A stretch of 38,174 nucleotides of DNA from a virus (taxonomy: Duplodnaviria; Caudoviricetes), in the IMG/VR virus record IMGVR_UViG_3300027690_000008, positions 1 to 38,174 of that record. One strand, given 5' to 3'. The translations under genes and the position numbers were made by a program. Shown here in pieces: positions 25,265-35,244 of this stretch; the first letter of the stretch is position 1, and each line of letters starts with the position of its first letter. The notes beneath the pieces were generated by a model. The model ran no database searches. It worked only from the letters and a program-made list of their open reading frames with translations, and had not been told where the DNA came from.

Positions 25265-25585
25265 TTATTGCTCCAACACGCGCATCAAAAGCGCCTTGTA
25301 GTGCGGCAGGGAAAAAGCCGTGTAGTCTTTCACCTGTTGCACCTCGTGCCGGCTGCCGTCCGCGCGCGTGACGATATCGCCGTTTTCCAGGGCATAGGCC
25401 GTATAGATCTTGTGCGCCCCACGCTGTCGGTCGCCCTCGGGCAACTGCAGCAGATCGTGTCCGCTCAGCGGCTGGATGCTGCCGGCCGCGCTTTCGGTCG
25501 AGGCCGCTGCCGGAACGAAGCGCCCGCTCACATAACTGCCCGGACTTTGGCGGGTCACGGTGATCGGTTCGACATCAAGCCTCAT
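25265..25585 (-). CDS. Head closure protein
   Basis: GSYVSGRF...SIQPLSG.DL..LPEG.R; start reassigned to 25585 (ATGA overlap). Confidence 0.75.
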   Translation of the reverse strand: MRLDVEPITVTRQSPGSYVSGRFVPAAASTESAAGSIQPLSGHDLLQLPEGDRQRGAHKIYTAYALENGDIVTRADGSRHEVQQVKDYTAFSLPHYKALLMRVLEQ

Positions 25586-26067
25586 GCGTTCACCTTGCTG
25601 ACGATGGATTGGCGCAACCGTCCCTCGTCGTTGAGCGGTACCGGAAACTCCCGGCCGCGCGCGATCTTCTCCTCTTTTACCGAGGGAGCGTTTTCGATCA
25701 GCGGCGGGCCGCCGCCGGCAGCGATCTTGGCCTTGACCTTGCCCTCGAACCACAGTCCCAGGCGGCCCAGAAACTTCTTTTTATCCAATTGCCCGGTCAC
25801 CACCTGGACCTTGGCCTCGTCGATCTTTTCGCGCGCCGTCTCTTTTTCTTCGTCCAGGGTGCTGCGCAAAAAGGATCGCTGCGGGATCGAAATGTTTTTG
25901 CCCTTGCCGGCCCGGTCCGTGCCGAACTCATGCGTCGCGGCGATGACCACCTGTTCGCTGTCCTGGTCGCCGAACACGCCGATATCCACCGAGCCGCGCA
26001 GCTTTTTGACCCGATCGGCAAATTCTTTCATGCCGCTGTCATCGATGTGCGTGTGGACCTTGATCAT
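25582..26067 (-). CDS. Neck / virion morphogenesis protein
   Basis: IAATHEFG...IPQRSFLR...PL.D.G.L.QSI. Confidence 0.8.
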   Translation of the reverse strand: MIKVHTHIDDSGMKEFADRVKKLRGSVDIGVFGDQDSEQVVIAATHEFGTDRAGKGKNISIPQRSFLRSTLDEEKETAREKIDEAKVQVVTGQLDKKKFLGRLGLWFEGKVKAKIAAGGGPPLIENAPSVKEEKIARGREFPVPLNDEGRLRQSIVSKVNA

Positions 26068-26077
26068 CGGTTTTCTC

Positions 26078-26416
26078 CTACGGCGTCACGGTCATGAATC
26101 CGGCGATGGTTCCGCGCCGGATCCGCTCGTACTCTCGGCCGTAAACCGTCTCGCTGCATTCGCCGGACCCGCCGGTCGCGTAGCTCACCGCTACATCGCC
26201 GGTGCGCTCGGAGGTGATCTCGCCCGCCTTGTCCTTGCGGGCGATCAGGGTCAGCCGGTGGGCCACGAGATACCTCTGGGCCATCTCCTGCTTGCGGCCC
26301 CAGATGGCCCCGACCTGCAGGGCCGCATCGGCCAGCACGGTATCCCAGGCGTCCTGGGATACCGATGCCAGCTCGGGTGCGATGGATAATACGGCGCTTT
26401 GGGTGGTGTCGGCCAT
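26078..26416 (-). CDS. Head-tail connector (DUF4054-like)
   Basis: APEL...YLVAH.L...GDVAVSY...TVYG.EY. Confidence 0.8.
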   Translation of the reverse strand: MADTTQSAVLSIAPELASVSQDAWDTVLADAALQVGAIWGRKQEMAQRYLVAHRLTLIARKDKAGEITSERTGDVAVSYATGGSGECSETVYGREYERIRRGTIAGFMTVTP

Positions 26417-26818
26417 TTACTGCTCCCGGCCGTTTTTCTTCGCTTCGATGGCCCTTATTTCTTCGGCCTGCTTGTCGATGGCCTCCATGACTGTCTTGCG
26501 GGCGCCGCCCTTGCGGCTATTTTCCGCCTGGGCATAGCTGTCGAGCAGTTCCAGGGTCATGGCGCCGCCGATCAGCTCGATAAACTCATCGGCGTTGAGC
26601 TTGGCCGGGTCGACGGACTCGTCCGACGCGTTTTCTCCGATGGGTTTTAAAAACCGGCCGTAATGGGCCATGCGTTTTTCGCCGGCCGCTTTTTTGACGG
26701 CCTGCCACACATCCGCGTCGATGCTGTTCTGGCCGGGAATAAACGAGAACACGCCTTTTTTCCGACCGCTGGCATAGGGCATGTGGGTGATATTGGGCTT
26801 TTTGTTGACGACGATCAT
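26417..26818 (-). CDS. Hypothetical phage protein
   Basis: Start MIVVNKK after GGGAGA; follows the capsid gene. Confidence 0.7.
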   Translation of the reverse strand: MIVVNKKPNITHMPYASGRKKGVFSFIPGQNSIDADVWQAVKKAAGEKRMAHYGRFLKPIGENASDESVDPAKLNADEFIELIGGAMTLELLDSYAQAENSRKGGARKTVMEAIDKQAEEIRAIEAKKNGREQ

Positions 26819-26849
26819 CGGTGATCTCCCTGTCAAGGTGTTAAGGGGC

Positions 26850-26875
26850 GGGCGGCCCATACGCGCGGGCCGCCC
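26850..26875 (-). terminator. GC-rich hairpin after the capsid gene (stabiliser/pause; no clear U tract)
   Basis: GGGCGGCCC-8nt-GGGCCGCCC. Confidence 0.5.
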
Positions 26876-26908
26876 TATCGCATTTGGCACCAGTTGCCGT
26901 TGCGTTCG

Positions 26909-27862
26909 CTAAATGCCGGTGAAGAACAAAAGCGCCAGCGGGTAGCGCACCACCACGCCGCCGATGCGCGACTCTCCGGGAACGATCAACTCCAGGCCCC
27001 GCTCCTGCATGGGGTAGGTGATCAGCTCCATGGGGATGCGAAGCTCCAGATTCTCCCGGTTCTTTTCGTAGCAGACCGCCCCGTCCTCGGTGCCCGAAGT
27101 AAATGCGCCGGTCAGCTCGGTGTACATGGGCTCGATGGCCGAAAGTCCGTAGGCCTTGGGGTTTTTGAGCACATGTTCCAGGATCGTGGTGTCGGACGCA
27201 TCGCTTCTGGGCGTGGAGGCGATCAGGTCATACTGGGCCACCGGCAACAGCAAAGTATCGGGCTTGTGCACGCCCTTGCTTTGGCTGCGCACCGTGGAGC
27301 ACATCAGGTAGATGTCGGCCATGATTTCGGCCGCCGTCTTGCTGGCCCAGTCGGGCGTGCCGCCGGCGCCGTTGGCGGCGGCCAGGGTGGGGATGTTGGG
27401 GTTGGACAAGAAGCCGGCAATGCCATGGGTGGCGTCGCCGAAAAAGGCGATCTTGTGCTCGGCCTCGCGGATCCCCCGGCGCTGGGCCGCAGCCTTTTCT
27501 GTTTCGAGGGACACGCCGGCCATCATGGCCGCCCGGATCTCCTGATGGTTATAGCCCACGGCGATACCCAGCGACCGCACCGCCTGGGTCACGGAGGTGC
27601 CGTAAACATCGGCGCGGGGCAGGTCCTGGGAGTAGTCCGTGATCACCTTGGCCATGCCCACCGAGCTGTACATGCGGTAGGTGATGGAGTCGGCGCCCGG
27701 ATTGTCGCGGTTGGATACCGGGATCAGCTCCCGGTACTTGAGCTCGCGCTCCTTGAAGCGGTAGATCTCGGCCTCCAGGGCCTCGAGTTCCCGCTCCATG
27801 AACAGCGCGGCATTCGGGTCGATGGCATCGAGCACGTGCCGGACTGCGTCTAATCTGATCAT
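26909..27862 (-). CDS. Major capsid protein (DUF2184-like, HK97 fold)
   Basis: VGMAK...DLPRAD...AFFGD...G.L.NPN...PDTLLLP...GGVVVRYP. Confidence 0.9.
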   Translation of the reverse strand: MIRLDAVRHVLDAIDPNAALFMERELEALEAEIYRFKERELKYRELIPVSNRDNPGADSITYRMYSSVGMAKVITDYSQDLPRADVYGTSVTQAVRSLGIAVGYNHQEIRAAMMAGVSLETEKAAAQRRGIREAEHKIAFFGDATHGIAGFLSNPNIPTLAAANGAGGTPDWASKTAAEIMADIYLMCSTVRSQSKGVHKPDTLLLPVAQYDLIASTPRSDASDTTILEHVLKNPKAYGLSAIEPMYTELTGAFTSGTEDGAVCYEKNRENLELRIPMELITYPMQERGLELIVPGESRIGGVVVRYPLALLFFTGI

Positions 27863-27928
27863 TTTTCGTTCTCCTGGTAAAAAGTTTAAAGTGCGTAAAC
27901 GGCGATCAAAGCCGGTTTAAAGCGCCTG

Positions 27929-28405
27929 CTACGGCAAGTTGATGTCCAGCAGGGCAAGCTCTCCGGCCCCGGCGTCGGAAACGAACTTGGCGCCGGGCAG
28001 CGCCACCGCGTCGGTGCCGTCGGCATCGGAACGAAACGCCCCGAGCTGTTCGCCGACGCCGGCCACGAAGCGCACGAACGCCGCCGATTCGGCCGTCACC
28101 GCATCCTCCACCGGCACCCATACCCGGCCGCGCTTGAGCACCGGCATGGGATCGCTGTCCGCGTACCCTTCGCCCTGGGGCTGGGTATGGCTGCGCAGCA
28201 CCACGCCGAGACCGGTCAGGCCGGTCACTTCACCTGTCGCATCGGGCAGGGTCGCTTCGCGCTGGGCAGCCCCCTTGGTCACGAAGACGCCGAAGGGGAT
28301 CGCACCGCCGGAAGCATTGGCACGCGTCACGATATCCGCGTTGCCGACGTCGGCCAGCTGGCCGGCCAGGCCCTTTTCCATGTACTCGCTCACTTCTGTC
28401 TGCAT
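27929..28405 (-). CDS. Capsid cement/decoration protein
   Basis: IPFGVFV...V...GRVWV; lies between scaffold and capsid genes. Confidence 0.8.
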   Translation of the reverse strand: MQTEVSEYMEKGLAGQLADVGNADIVTRANASGGAIPFGVFVTKGAAQREATLPDATGEVTGLTGLGVVLRSHTQPQGEGYADSDPMPVLKRGRVWVPVEDAVTAESAAFVRFVAGVGEQLGAFRSDADGTDAVALPGAKFVSDAGAGELALLDINLP

Positions 28406-28465
28406 GTCGTTTTCTCCTGGTAAAAGTTTATGCGGTCAGGCCTTCCCGGCCATATTGACCGGAGA

Positions 28466-29620
28466 CTACTTGTCAGCCAGCTCCTGGCTCTTTTTGATGA
28501 ACTCGGCCCGGTTATCCACCTTGGTGTGCGCCCCGGTCGCCTTGGCATCCCGGATCACCTGGGAGAGCCCCGCAGCGCCGTCCTTCTTTTCGGCGGCCGT
28601 CAGAAGTTCCACCACCGCGTCGAAACGGGCGTTGACATAGTCAACTGACCGACCGTCGGCTTTGAATTCCGGGGTCTGTTTTTGGATCACCGCCACCCGG
28701 ACGGCCTGATCGGGCAGCCCGTCGCATTTTACGCCCACTTTGCTGGCGACATCTTCCAAGGCCCTGCGATCGGCGATGATCTTCTGGATCTTTTCCCCGG
28801 ACGGGTTGGAAAGGGCCGCGTTGTCGGTCTTGAGGGTTTTTACCTCCTCGGCCAGGGTGTCGATCTTGGCCTGGGACTCGTCGGCCTTTTTCGTCAGTTC
28901 GACGATTTTGGCCGCCCGCTCCCGGATCGCCTCCACCGCCTCGTCCAGCTTGGCCGAGAGGCGGTCGATCACGCCCTGGGCCTGCTCGGGGACTTCGGCC
29001 TCGATGGCGTCCATGTGAAACCCGTCGATCTTCAATGCTTTTCGAATGAATTTGATCATGGTGTGCTCCTCGTGTTGATCTAGTTTGAGTTTTACATTGC
29101 TGCCCGCCCGGCCCTGGGGCACGATGGACAGATGGTTGTAACGGATGTTCTTCTGCACGGCGTCATAATGACCCTCGGCCGGATGCTCGCCGACGATGGG
29201 CAGCACCTCGGCCTCGTAACCGCAGGAAAGCTCCACGTCCTTGCCCTGGGCGTGCCGATCGAGCACATAGGCCACCACCGCCTTGTCCATGATCTTGACC
29301 GGCACAGAGACGAACTGCTCGTCATGGGTGACGTTTTCTCCGGTGACGCCCACGTTCAGGCGCCGGTTGTTATCCACCGTCACCCGCTTTTCGGGCGGAT
29401 GCTCGAAGGTCACCGGGATCAGGCTCAGCGTGGCGAGCGACGCCGGGGCAAAGACTTCATCGGCGCTGCGCAGCTCGCGCACCTTTTGCCCGCGGTCGTC
29501 CACGTAGTCGAACACGCCGGCACGCGTCACATTGGCGTCGCAGGTCAAAAATCCTTCCGGCGTGACCAGGTAGCGATCGTTTCTGATGGCATCGAGCTTG
29601 ACGGTGACCGTGCGGATCAT
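28466..29620 (-). CDS. DUF2213-like prohead protease/scaffold
   Basis: TPEGFL...R.GVF.Y...PVT.EHP...ELSCGY...NHLSIV..GRAG; coiled-coil C-terminus. Confidence 0.9.
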   Translation of the reverse strand: MIRTVTVKLDAIRNDRYLVTPEGFLTCDANVTRAGVFDYVDDRGQKVRELRSADEVFAPASLATLSLIPVTFEHPPEKRVTVDNNRRLNVGVTGENVTHDEQFVSVPVKIMDKAVVAYVLDRHAQGKDVELSCGYEAEVLPIVGEHPAEGHYDAVQKNIRYNHLSIVPQGRAGSNVKLKLDQHEEHTMIKFIRKALKIDGFHMDAIEAEVPEQAQGVIDRLSAKLDEAVEAIRERAAKIVELTKKADESQAKIDTLAEEVKTLKTDNAALSNPSGEKIQKIIADRRALEDVASKVGVKCDGLPDQAVRVAVIQKQTPEFKADGRSVDYVNARFDAVVELLTAAEKKDGAAGLSQVIRDAKATGAHTKVDNRAEFIKKSQELADK

Positions 29621-29800
29621 GGCCGTTTTCTCCTATGGTTTTTCATCGAAGACAAAGCCCGCGTTCAAGGCCCCTGAGAGGCCGAATTTCGCGCCCTGAT
29701 TTTGGCGCGGCCAATGGGCCGTCTCGAAAATCGTTAAACAAATGCCAGCCGATTTAAAAACGGTTGCGGCGGTCTTTTGCCCTTCGATCATCCCCATCTC

Positions 29801-30688
29801 CTATGCGGCCTCAGCCGCGGGCGCCTCGATGAACTCTTCGAGCACCGGTTCGGCCGTGCAGCGGCACTGATAATCTTCTCCCGGATGGCCGGTGGCCGGC
29901 GGGCTGTCCCAGCGGAATCGCTTGCCGTCGTTTTGCAGGTGGCTGGCCCGCGTGGCCCCGTCCTTGACCGCCCGCCAGATGTATTCTTCCACACCGGCCT
30001 CCTTTTGCCGCAGCTCGGTCAGCTTGCCGTTGAGCTTGGCCACCTGGTCGCGGGCGATAAAGCGCGCCCGGCGCCCCGTCACCCCCAGGCGCTCTTGGAC
30101 GGCCGCGGCGATGGTGCGGTTGCTGTCGCCGGCCTCCACCCGCGCCATGAGCATGCTGGACAGATCCGCGATGCCCTTGTCCGTGATGTCCTTGATCAGA
30201 GAGACATTGCCGGTCACGAAGGCGGAGAGCTTTTCTTCCAGCCAGCGCTCCTGGCGCAGCACAGGGATGCCCAAAACGGCCGTGAAATGGCGGTCCACCT
30301 GGGTGCGGTTAAACTCCGCCACCCGCCGGGCAAACGATTCCGAGACCTCGGCCGCGGCCTGCTCGCTGATCCGGGCCGCCACTCGAATGCGGATGCCGTC
30401 GATGGCCAGGCCCAGCAGGTCGCCATAACCGGCGTCCGCGCGCAGGGCATCGGCTTTAAGCGCCTGGTCGCGGGCCGCCACGATGGCCGGAAGATCGGTT
30501 TCGATCATCTGTTTAACGGCTGCAAAAAACGGCGCGGTCACATCCAGCACGGCGGCCTCATAGGCGCGCTCCAGGCCCTGGGGGTAGATCTGGCGAGGCG
30601 GCCGGCGCTTTCGCGGCAGCCTTCGTCCGCCGGCCCTGACGGCCGAGCGGCGCTGCCGGATCATGGCGATCTTTTCACTGGGCGTCAT
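29801..30688 (-). CDS. Minor head protein (SPP1 gp7 / Mu gpF family)
   Basis: RARFIARDQ...YIW....D...R.SH...DG..F.W...PGEDYQCRC. Confidence 0.9.
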   Translation of the reverse strand: MTPSEKIAMIRQRRSAVRAGGRRLPRKRRPPRQIYPQGLERAYEAAVLDVTAPFFAAVKQMIETDLPAIVAARDQALKADALRADAGYGDLLGLAIDGIRIRVAARISEQAAAEVSESFARRVAEFNRTQVDRHFTAVLGIPVLRQERWLEEKLSAFVTGNVSLIKDITDKGIADLSSMLMARVEAGDSNRTIAAAVQERLGVTGRRARFIARDQVAKLNGKLTELRQKEAGVEEYIWRAVKDGATRASHLQNDGKRFRWDSPPATGHPGEDYQCRCTAEPVLEEFIEAPAAEAA

Positions 30689-32312
30689 CGCCGGGCTCCT
30701 GTTTCGGACCGGATTTCTCCGGGTCGATTTCTTCTTGCGCCTTCGGCCCCACCGCGGCCGTTGCGGGCAGGATCTTTTCCGCTACCGGACGGGGGATCGG
30801 AAACGATGTCACGATCACCTCGATGGCGGTCTCGCGGCTGACTTCTGCCTTGCCCACCGAACTGATCAGGCCGATCAAGCTGGCCACCTGGGCGCCGTTT
30901 AAAAAGATCTGCTTGGATTCCAGATCCCGCGAAAGCGCCTCGGCCTCCCCGCCATCGCCGGCCGGCGTCCGGGTTTTCGGATCGATGACCGTCTCCATGC
31001 TGTAGCCGTCCGGGCCGAAGCGGCTCACCGCCACCTCGGCCGGCTCGAGCACGCCGTTTAAAATGTAGATCTGGTCGGTTTCGGCCACGGTCTTTCGCGT
31101 TTCGGCCAGCTCCTTTTCGGTGGGCTGCCACAGCGGGGAGAACTCAAACGACCAGTCCGCCACCTTTTTCTTCCGCTCGGCCAGCAGCAGTTCGATGATG
31201 CGCCGCAGCGGCCCGCGCAACTGCTTTTCCTGGTAGGCCCGAACGCCGTCGTAAAAATCGCGCGTGGTTTCGCCTGCGCCAGCCAGGGTGCCCAGCTGCT
31301 GGCCGAAAAGCCGCGTCTTGGGCAGACCCGCGGCGGCGGCCGTCAAATCCATGAACGTGCCGAGCAACTCGACCAGGCCGGTGATGGGCGTCTGGACTTT
31401 GACAAACTCTTCGTCCTGGCCGATGAGCGACACCCCCAGGCTGCTCATCTGGCCCACCGCGTACTGGATCCGGGCATGCAGGATCGACTCTTCGCCGTCG
31501 GCGATCAGCTGGGCCAGGTTGGGGATCTTGAGCACCTTGGTGATAAAGTCCTGGAAGAGCACCGCGGCAGCCTGAATCGAGACGCCGAACTGCTTCAGGT
31601 TCTGGTCGATGGATGTCAGGATCGAATCGTGCCAGCCCTGGTTTTGCACCCGCACCCGGTCGGGCAGCCAGGCACCGTCGAAGCGGATCACGCGCGAGGC
31701 ATGCACCACGCTTTGCCGCCCGGCGCCGGACCCCACCGTGGCCGGGTTGATGCGGTAAAGCTCGGCCTGGCCGAAACGCGGCGAGAGCGGATCGTCCACC
31801 GTGCTATGGATGGTGAGCTGCCAGCGGTCCAGAACGGTCAAGGAGACCATCTCGCGCACCCGGTCAACGGCCAGCGGCTCGACCGTATCCTGGCCGTCCA
31901 CCGCGCCCAGGAGCACGATGCTGCCCCCATACAGCCGGGCCATGCGCAGCGCCTCTTCGATGCGCTCCCACACCAGCAGCTCTTCCATGCGCCGGTACAG
32001 GTCGGCGGTCAGATCGCCATCCTCGATGGCGATCTCGATCCCCTCCCGGCACGCCTCGGCCGGCAGCAGGTCGATGATGCGGCGCGGTAGCCAGTAAAAC
32101 CGGTAGAGCCGTTCCAGCATGGGCTGGGACATGACCGTTTCGGCCGCAAACTGGGTGCGCTGAAGCGGGTCACGCGATCCGCCGAACCCGCTGAAGGCGT
32201 TGGCGTACAAGTCACGACGGTTCACGATGACCGGCGCATTGTCGCTGCGCACCCGATCAGAGCGGGTTGCGCGGGCCTCGAAGGCGGCGATTTTTCTGTC
32301 CAGGTCCATCAC
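30675..32312 (-). CDS. Portal protein (DUF1073-like)
   Basis: ARLYGG...VHASRVIRF...P.TRLFGQ...F.FSPLWQ; follows the terminase gene. Confidence 0.88.
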   Translation of the reverse strand: MMDLDRKIAAFEARATRSDRVRSDNAPVIVNRRDLYANAFSGFGGSRDPLQRTQFAAETVMSQPMLERLYRFYWLPRRIIDLLPAEACREGIEIAIEDGDLTADLYRRMEELLVWERIEEALRMARLYGGSIVLLGAVDGQDTVEPLAVDRVREMVSLTVLDRWQLTIHSTVDDPLSPRFGQAELYRINPATVGSGAGRQSVVHASRVIRFDGAWLPDRVRVQNQGWHDSILTSIDQNLKQFGVSIQAAAVLFQDFITKVLKIPNLAQLIADGEESILHARIQYAVGQMSSLGVSLIGQDEEFVKVQTPITGLVELLGTFMDLTAAAAGLPKTRLFGQQLGTLAGAGETTRDFYDGVRAYQEKQLRGPLRRIIELLLAERKKKVADWSFEFSPLWQPTEKELAETRKTVAETDQIYILNGVLEPAEVAVSRFGPDGYSMETVIDPKTRTPAGDGGEAEALSRDLESKQIFLNGAQVASLIGLISSVGKAEVSRETAIEVIVTSFPIPRPVAEKILPATAAVGPKAQEEIDPEKSGPKQEPGDDAQ

Positions 32313-33730
32313 AGCACCCGCCTTCCCACACCGAATCGGCCCGCAAGAGAGGTGAACCGCTCGCGCAACGCCTCGGCCACGGACGTTTTGGGCGCCGTGG
32401 CCGCATGCACCGCCAGGGCCAGCGCCCAGAACCGGTCCGCATGGCCGTCTTCCGACCGCTCGGCCATGAAGCGCACATTGCCCGCGGCCGTGGTCTGCTT
32501 GGTCACGGCGCGCAGGTCGGCCCGGATCTCGGGATCAAAGGGAATGCGCAGCTTCTTGTCTTCCATTTTGCCTTTGACCGGGTAGGCCAGCTCTTCTTTG
32601 ACGCGCACCGAAAAGTTGACCAGCTCGATGCGGCCGGCGCCGAACTTGTCCTGGGCGTCGTCGCCCCAGCCGATCCCGATGCCCGTGTAGTCAAAACAGG
32701 TCCTGTTGATCAGCGCCAGCCAGGGCCAGATGATCTTTTCCTGCTCGGACTTGCGCATGTTTTTAAGGGCGATGACGGCGCGGGTGTAAAGCACATCGCC
32801 CAGCTCTTCGAGCACCCACAGCACGGTCAAATCCTTCTTGCGGCCGATGTCCAGGCCGGCATAAAGACGGCGCTTTTTGTTCCTGGCATCTTCCAGGGCG
32901 AGCTCCCAGGCCTCGCCGGCCGCATATTCCACGCCGGCGATCAGGTCATATTCCAGGAAGGCCACGTCATCGTCGCCGGGGATGCACATATACTCCTGCA
33001 AAAAGGACTCTTCGTCGGCGCATCCGGATTTGACGAAATCGTAGTACTCGGCCTCGTCCATCTCCTGCTGTTCGGCATCGGCGGGCAGGGCCTGCTGCAG
33101 TTTGTACAAAAAGCCCTGGTTCAGCGCGTCTTCCAGCGTCACCCGGTGCAAGCTGATGCGCTTGGGATTGCCCTTTTCGCGCGCCTCGCGGATCAGCTGG
33201 TTGAAAAAATTGCCGCTGCCGCGATGGGTGGAGATCACTTCCAAAAGGCCGCCCCAGGTCAGGCCCGGATAGGCGATGGACCACATCTTGCGCGGATCCC
33301 CCAGCAGGGCGAACTCGTCGAGCACGCGACCGCCGCGCTTGCCCGCCTGGGCGTCCGGATTGCTGCTCATCGAGTAGATGCACCGGCCGGAGGCAAAACG
33401 CAGGGCAAGGGCGGTCAACCGCTTGGCCGCATCGACCACCACTTCGCCGAGGTCCTCGGCGGCCAGCTGGAAGACCTTCGTCCACATCTTGCAGTCATCG
33501 AGAAACAGGCGCGCCTGGATCTCGTCACGGGAAGAGATCCATTGGTCCCACCTGGCCCCGGCCTTGGCCGTGCGCTCCACGGTGGGATAGGCCGTGCTCC
33601 AGGACAAACCGATCTGCCGGGCCTTTTCCATCAGTTTGAGCCGGCTGGTGTCACGGATCCACCGTTCCTGGTAGAGCAGGAAAAGCGCATCGGGGTTCGA
33701 TGGCACTATCTTGGCGTTGCCTTTTTTCAC
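32309..33730 (-). CDS. Terminase large subunit (Mu gp28-like)
   Basis: YQERWI.D...EKARQIGLSW, LDEFA, ISTH.G, GLDIGR, D.TGIG, GHADRFWALALA. Confidence 0.93.
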   Translation of the reverse strand: MKKGNAKIVPSNPDALFLLYQERWIRDTSRLKLMEKARQIGLSWSTAYPTVERTAKAGARWDQWISSRDEIQARLFLDDCKMWTKVFQLAAEDLGEVVVDAAKRLTALALRFASGRCIYSMSSNPDAQAGKRGGRVLDEFALLGDPRKMWSIAYPGLTWGGLLEVISTHRGSGNFFNQLIREAREKGNPKRISLHRVTLEDALNQGFLYKLQQALPADAEQQEMDEAEYYDFVKSGCADEESFLQEYMCIPGDDDVAFLEYDLIAGVEYAAGEAWELALEDARNKKRRLYAGLDIGRKKDLTVLWVLEELGDVLYTRAVIALKNMRKSEQEKIIWPWLALINRTCFDYTGIGIGWGDDAQDKFGAGRIELVNFSVRVKEELAYPVKGKMEDKKLRIPFDPEIRADLRAVTKQTTAAGNVRFMAERSEDGHADRFWALALAVHAATAPKTSVAEALRERFTSLAGRFGVGRRVL

Positions 33731-34281
33731 TCGGCCATCCTCAACACATCGCGCCGGATAATTTTAATGGTTTCATCCGAAACGCCGGCCTGCCGGGCGG
33801 TCTTGCCCACCGCCTCGGCGGCCTCTTCCAGGGCGCGTTTCCGGATCTGCTCCTCCACCCGCGCGTTCTTCTCCGCCGCCTGTTCGAGGCGATGCACCGC
33901 AATCGCCAAATTCTTCAACATCTTGGGGTCGACATTGTCTTTCTCGCTGGCGTTCATGGCGGCGCGGAAAGCCAGGTTGCGCACGATTTCATTGAGCAGT
34001 TTACCCACGGCACCAGCCGGTTCACTGCCCAGCTTACCGATCCACATGGAGGCGATCTCGCGCGATTCGCGCAGCTTGGCGCCCACCTCTTCCATGCGGA
34101 CCGCATAACGGTTGACCGCGCTCTTGCTCAGCCGGCCGGGATGTCCCTCTTCGGCCAGGATGGCATTGATCCGTGCCGTCGCCTCAAGTTGCGTCACGCG
34201 CGGATCGCGCAGCAGCTCCTGGAGCCGGGTGCGGATATCATCCGGCAGGCGGTCGATGGTTGAGGGTTGCTGTTTAGCCAT
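33727..34281 (-). CDS. Terminase small subunit (Mu gp27 / DUF3486)
   Basis: STIDRLP...LSKSAVNRY motif. Confidence 0.88.
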   Translation of the reverse strand: MAKQQPSTIDRLPDDIRTRLQELLRDPRVTQLEATARINAILAEEGHPGRLSKSAVNRYAVRMEEVGAKLRESREIASMWIGKLGSEPAGAVGKLLNEIVRNLAFRAAMNASEKDNVDPKMLKNLAIAVHRLEQAAEKNARVEEQIRKRALEEAAEAVGKTARQAGVSDETIKIIRRDVLRMAE

Positions 34282-34284
34282 CGC

Positions 34285-34578
34285 CTAACCTTTGGGCCTC
34301 GGGGCCTTGACGCCGTCGATACGGCAGCGCCCCTCGGCCACATCGGCGCCCCTGCCGGTCAACCGGCCCACCAGCACGCCGTGGACATCCTCGACCCGGA
34401 TCAGCCCCTGCTCTTCGAGCCAGCGCATCTCCGTTCGCACCCGGTCACGGGAAACCGTATGACCGAACATCTCCAGCACGGATTGAAGCATGGACTCATT
34501 AAGAGAGTTTCCGTCCTCGACCATGCTGCGCAGGATGACCAGCCGCATGTCTTTGGCAATGAGTTCGGCGAACATCAT
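34285..34578 (-). CDS. Mu gp26-like winged-helix protein
   Basis: RLVILR.M...SRD.VR....WL.EQGL...LT.RG.DVA.G....GV..P.P. Confidence 0.85.
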   Translation of the reverse strand: MMFAELIAKDMRLVILRSMVEDGNSLNESMLQSVLEMFGHTVSRDRVRTEMRWLEEQGLIRVEDVHGVLVGRLTGRGADVAEGRCRIDGVKAPRPKG

Positions 34579-35015
34579 TTCCCGCTCCCTTTCCCCCCGC
34601 CTTGATTGATCAAAAATTCGTTGACCAGGTCCACGGCCCGGTTAATTCCTTCCAGGCGGCCCTGGGTGTTTCTAAGCTCGCCGCTCAGGGCCGCGATACT
34701 GGTGTTAAGGGCCATGAACTGCTGCTGGGTCGGCATATGATCCAGCTCGATGCGCAAGGCCGCCGCGCTGGCCTCCACCGCGCTGGTGCGGGCCTTGTGT
34801 TGCCTGCATCCTGTCACCAAAGCATCACGCATCTGATCCAGGTCCTTTACGGTCGGCAGCTTGGCCATGTTTGCTTCGATCAGCCGGAATCGGTTTTCGG
34901 TCGCCTTTTGCTTGGCCACCCGGCGCACGTACCAGGCCACCGCCGCGGTAAACAAAAACTGGAAGATGTTGAACCAGAACATCAGGGCCTGATAGTTGAA
35001 TTTCGGTTCCGGCAT
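34575..35015 (-). CDS. Mu gp25-like (DUF2730) membrane-anchored protein
   Basis: N-terminal TM, coiled coil with LP/MPT motifs; position before gp26. Confidence 0.7.
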   Translation of the reverse strand: MPEPKFNYQALMFWFNIFQFLFTAAVAWYVRRVAKQKATENRFRLIEANMAKLPTVKDLDQMRDALVTGCRQHKARTSAVEASAAALRIELDHMPTQQQFMALNTSIAALSGELRNTQGRLEGINRAVDLVNEFLINQGGGKGSGK

Positions 35016-35018
35016 GCG

Positions 35019-35240
35019 CTATCGTTCCCTTTCGAAGGCGTGCTGGCAGGCCACGCAGCGCATGCAATCGATCCCCAATTGCCTCATCGCCTCAAGCCTT
35101 TCCTCTGGGATCCGTTCCCCGCAGTCGATGCAGGTTTGGGACTCTCCGCGAGGCATGCCGGAGTGCCGCCCGCGACATTGCCTAAGTGCGTCCCGCAGAT
35201 AGAATTCCGCATATTCATTGCCGTAGTCCGCTTCATCCAC
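35019..35240 (-). CDS. TraR/DksA C4 zinc-finger protein
   Basis: (M)DEAD...CIDCGERIPEERL...RCVACQ; GTG start at 35240. Confidence 0.85.
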   Translation of the reverse strand: MDEADYGNEYAEFYLRDALRQCRGRHSGMPRGESQTCIDCGERIPEERLEAMRQLGIDCMRCVACQHAFERER

Positions 35241-35244
35241 ATGG

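Noticed and set aside
26909-27862. Encapsulin nanocompartment
   Set aside because: HK97-fold protein located in a complete head-tail operon, so it is the major capsid protein
30675-32312. Anti-CBASS Acb1 protein (a label sometimes attached to DUF1073 portals)
   Set aside because: No paired HxT phosphodiesterase domain seen; position and motifs indicate a portal
16735-34108. Long plus-strand ORFs (e.g. 16735-18144, 24884-26389, 32267-34108)
   Set aside because: Antisense shadows of well-supported GC-rich phage genes, with no motifs
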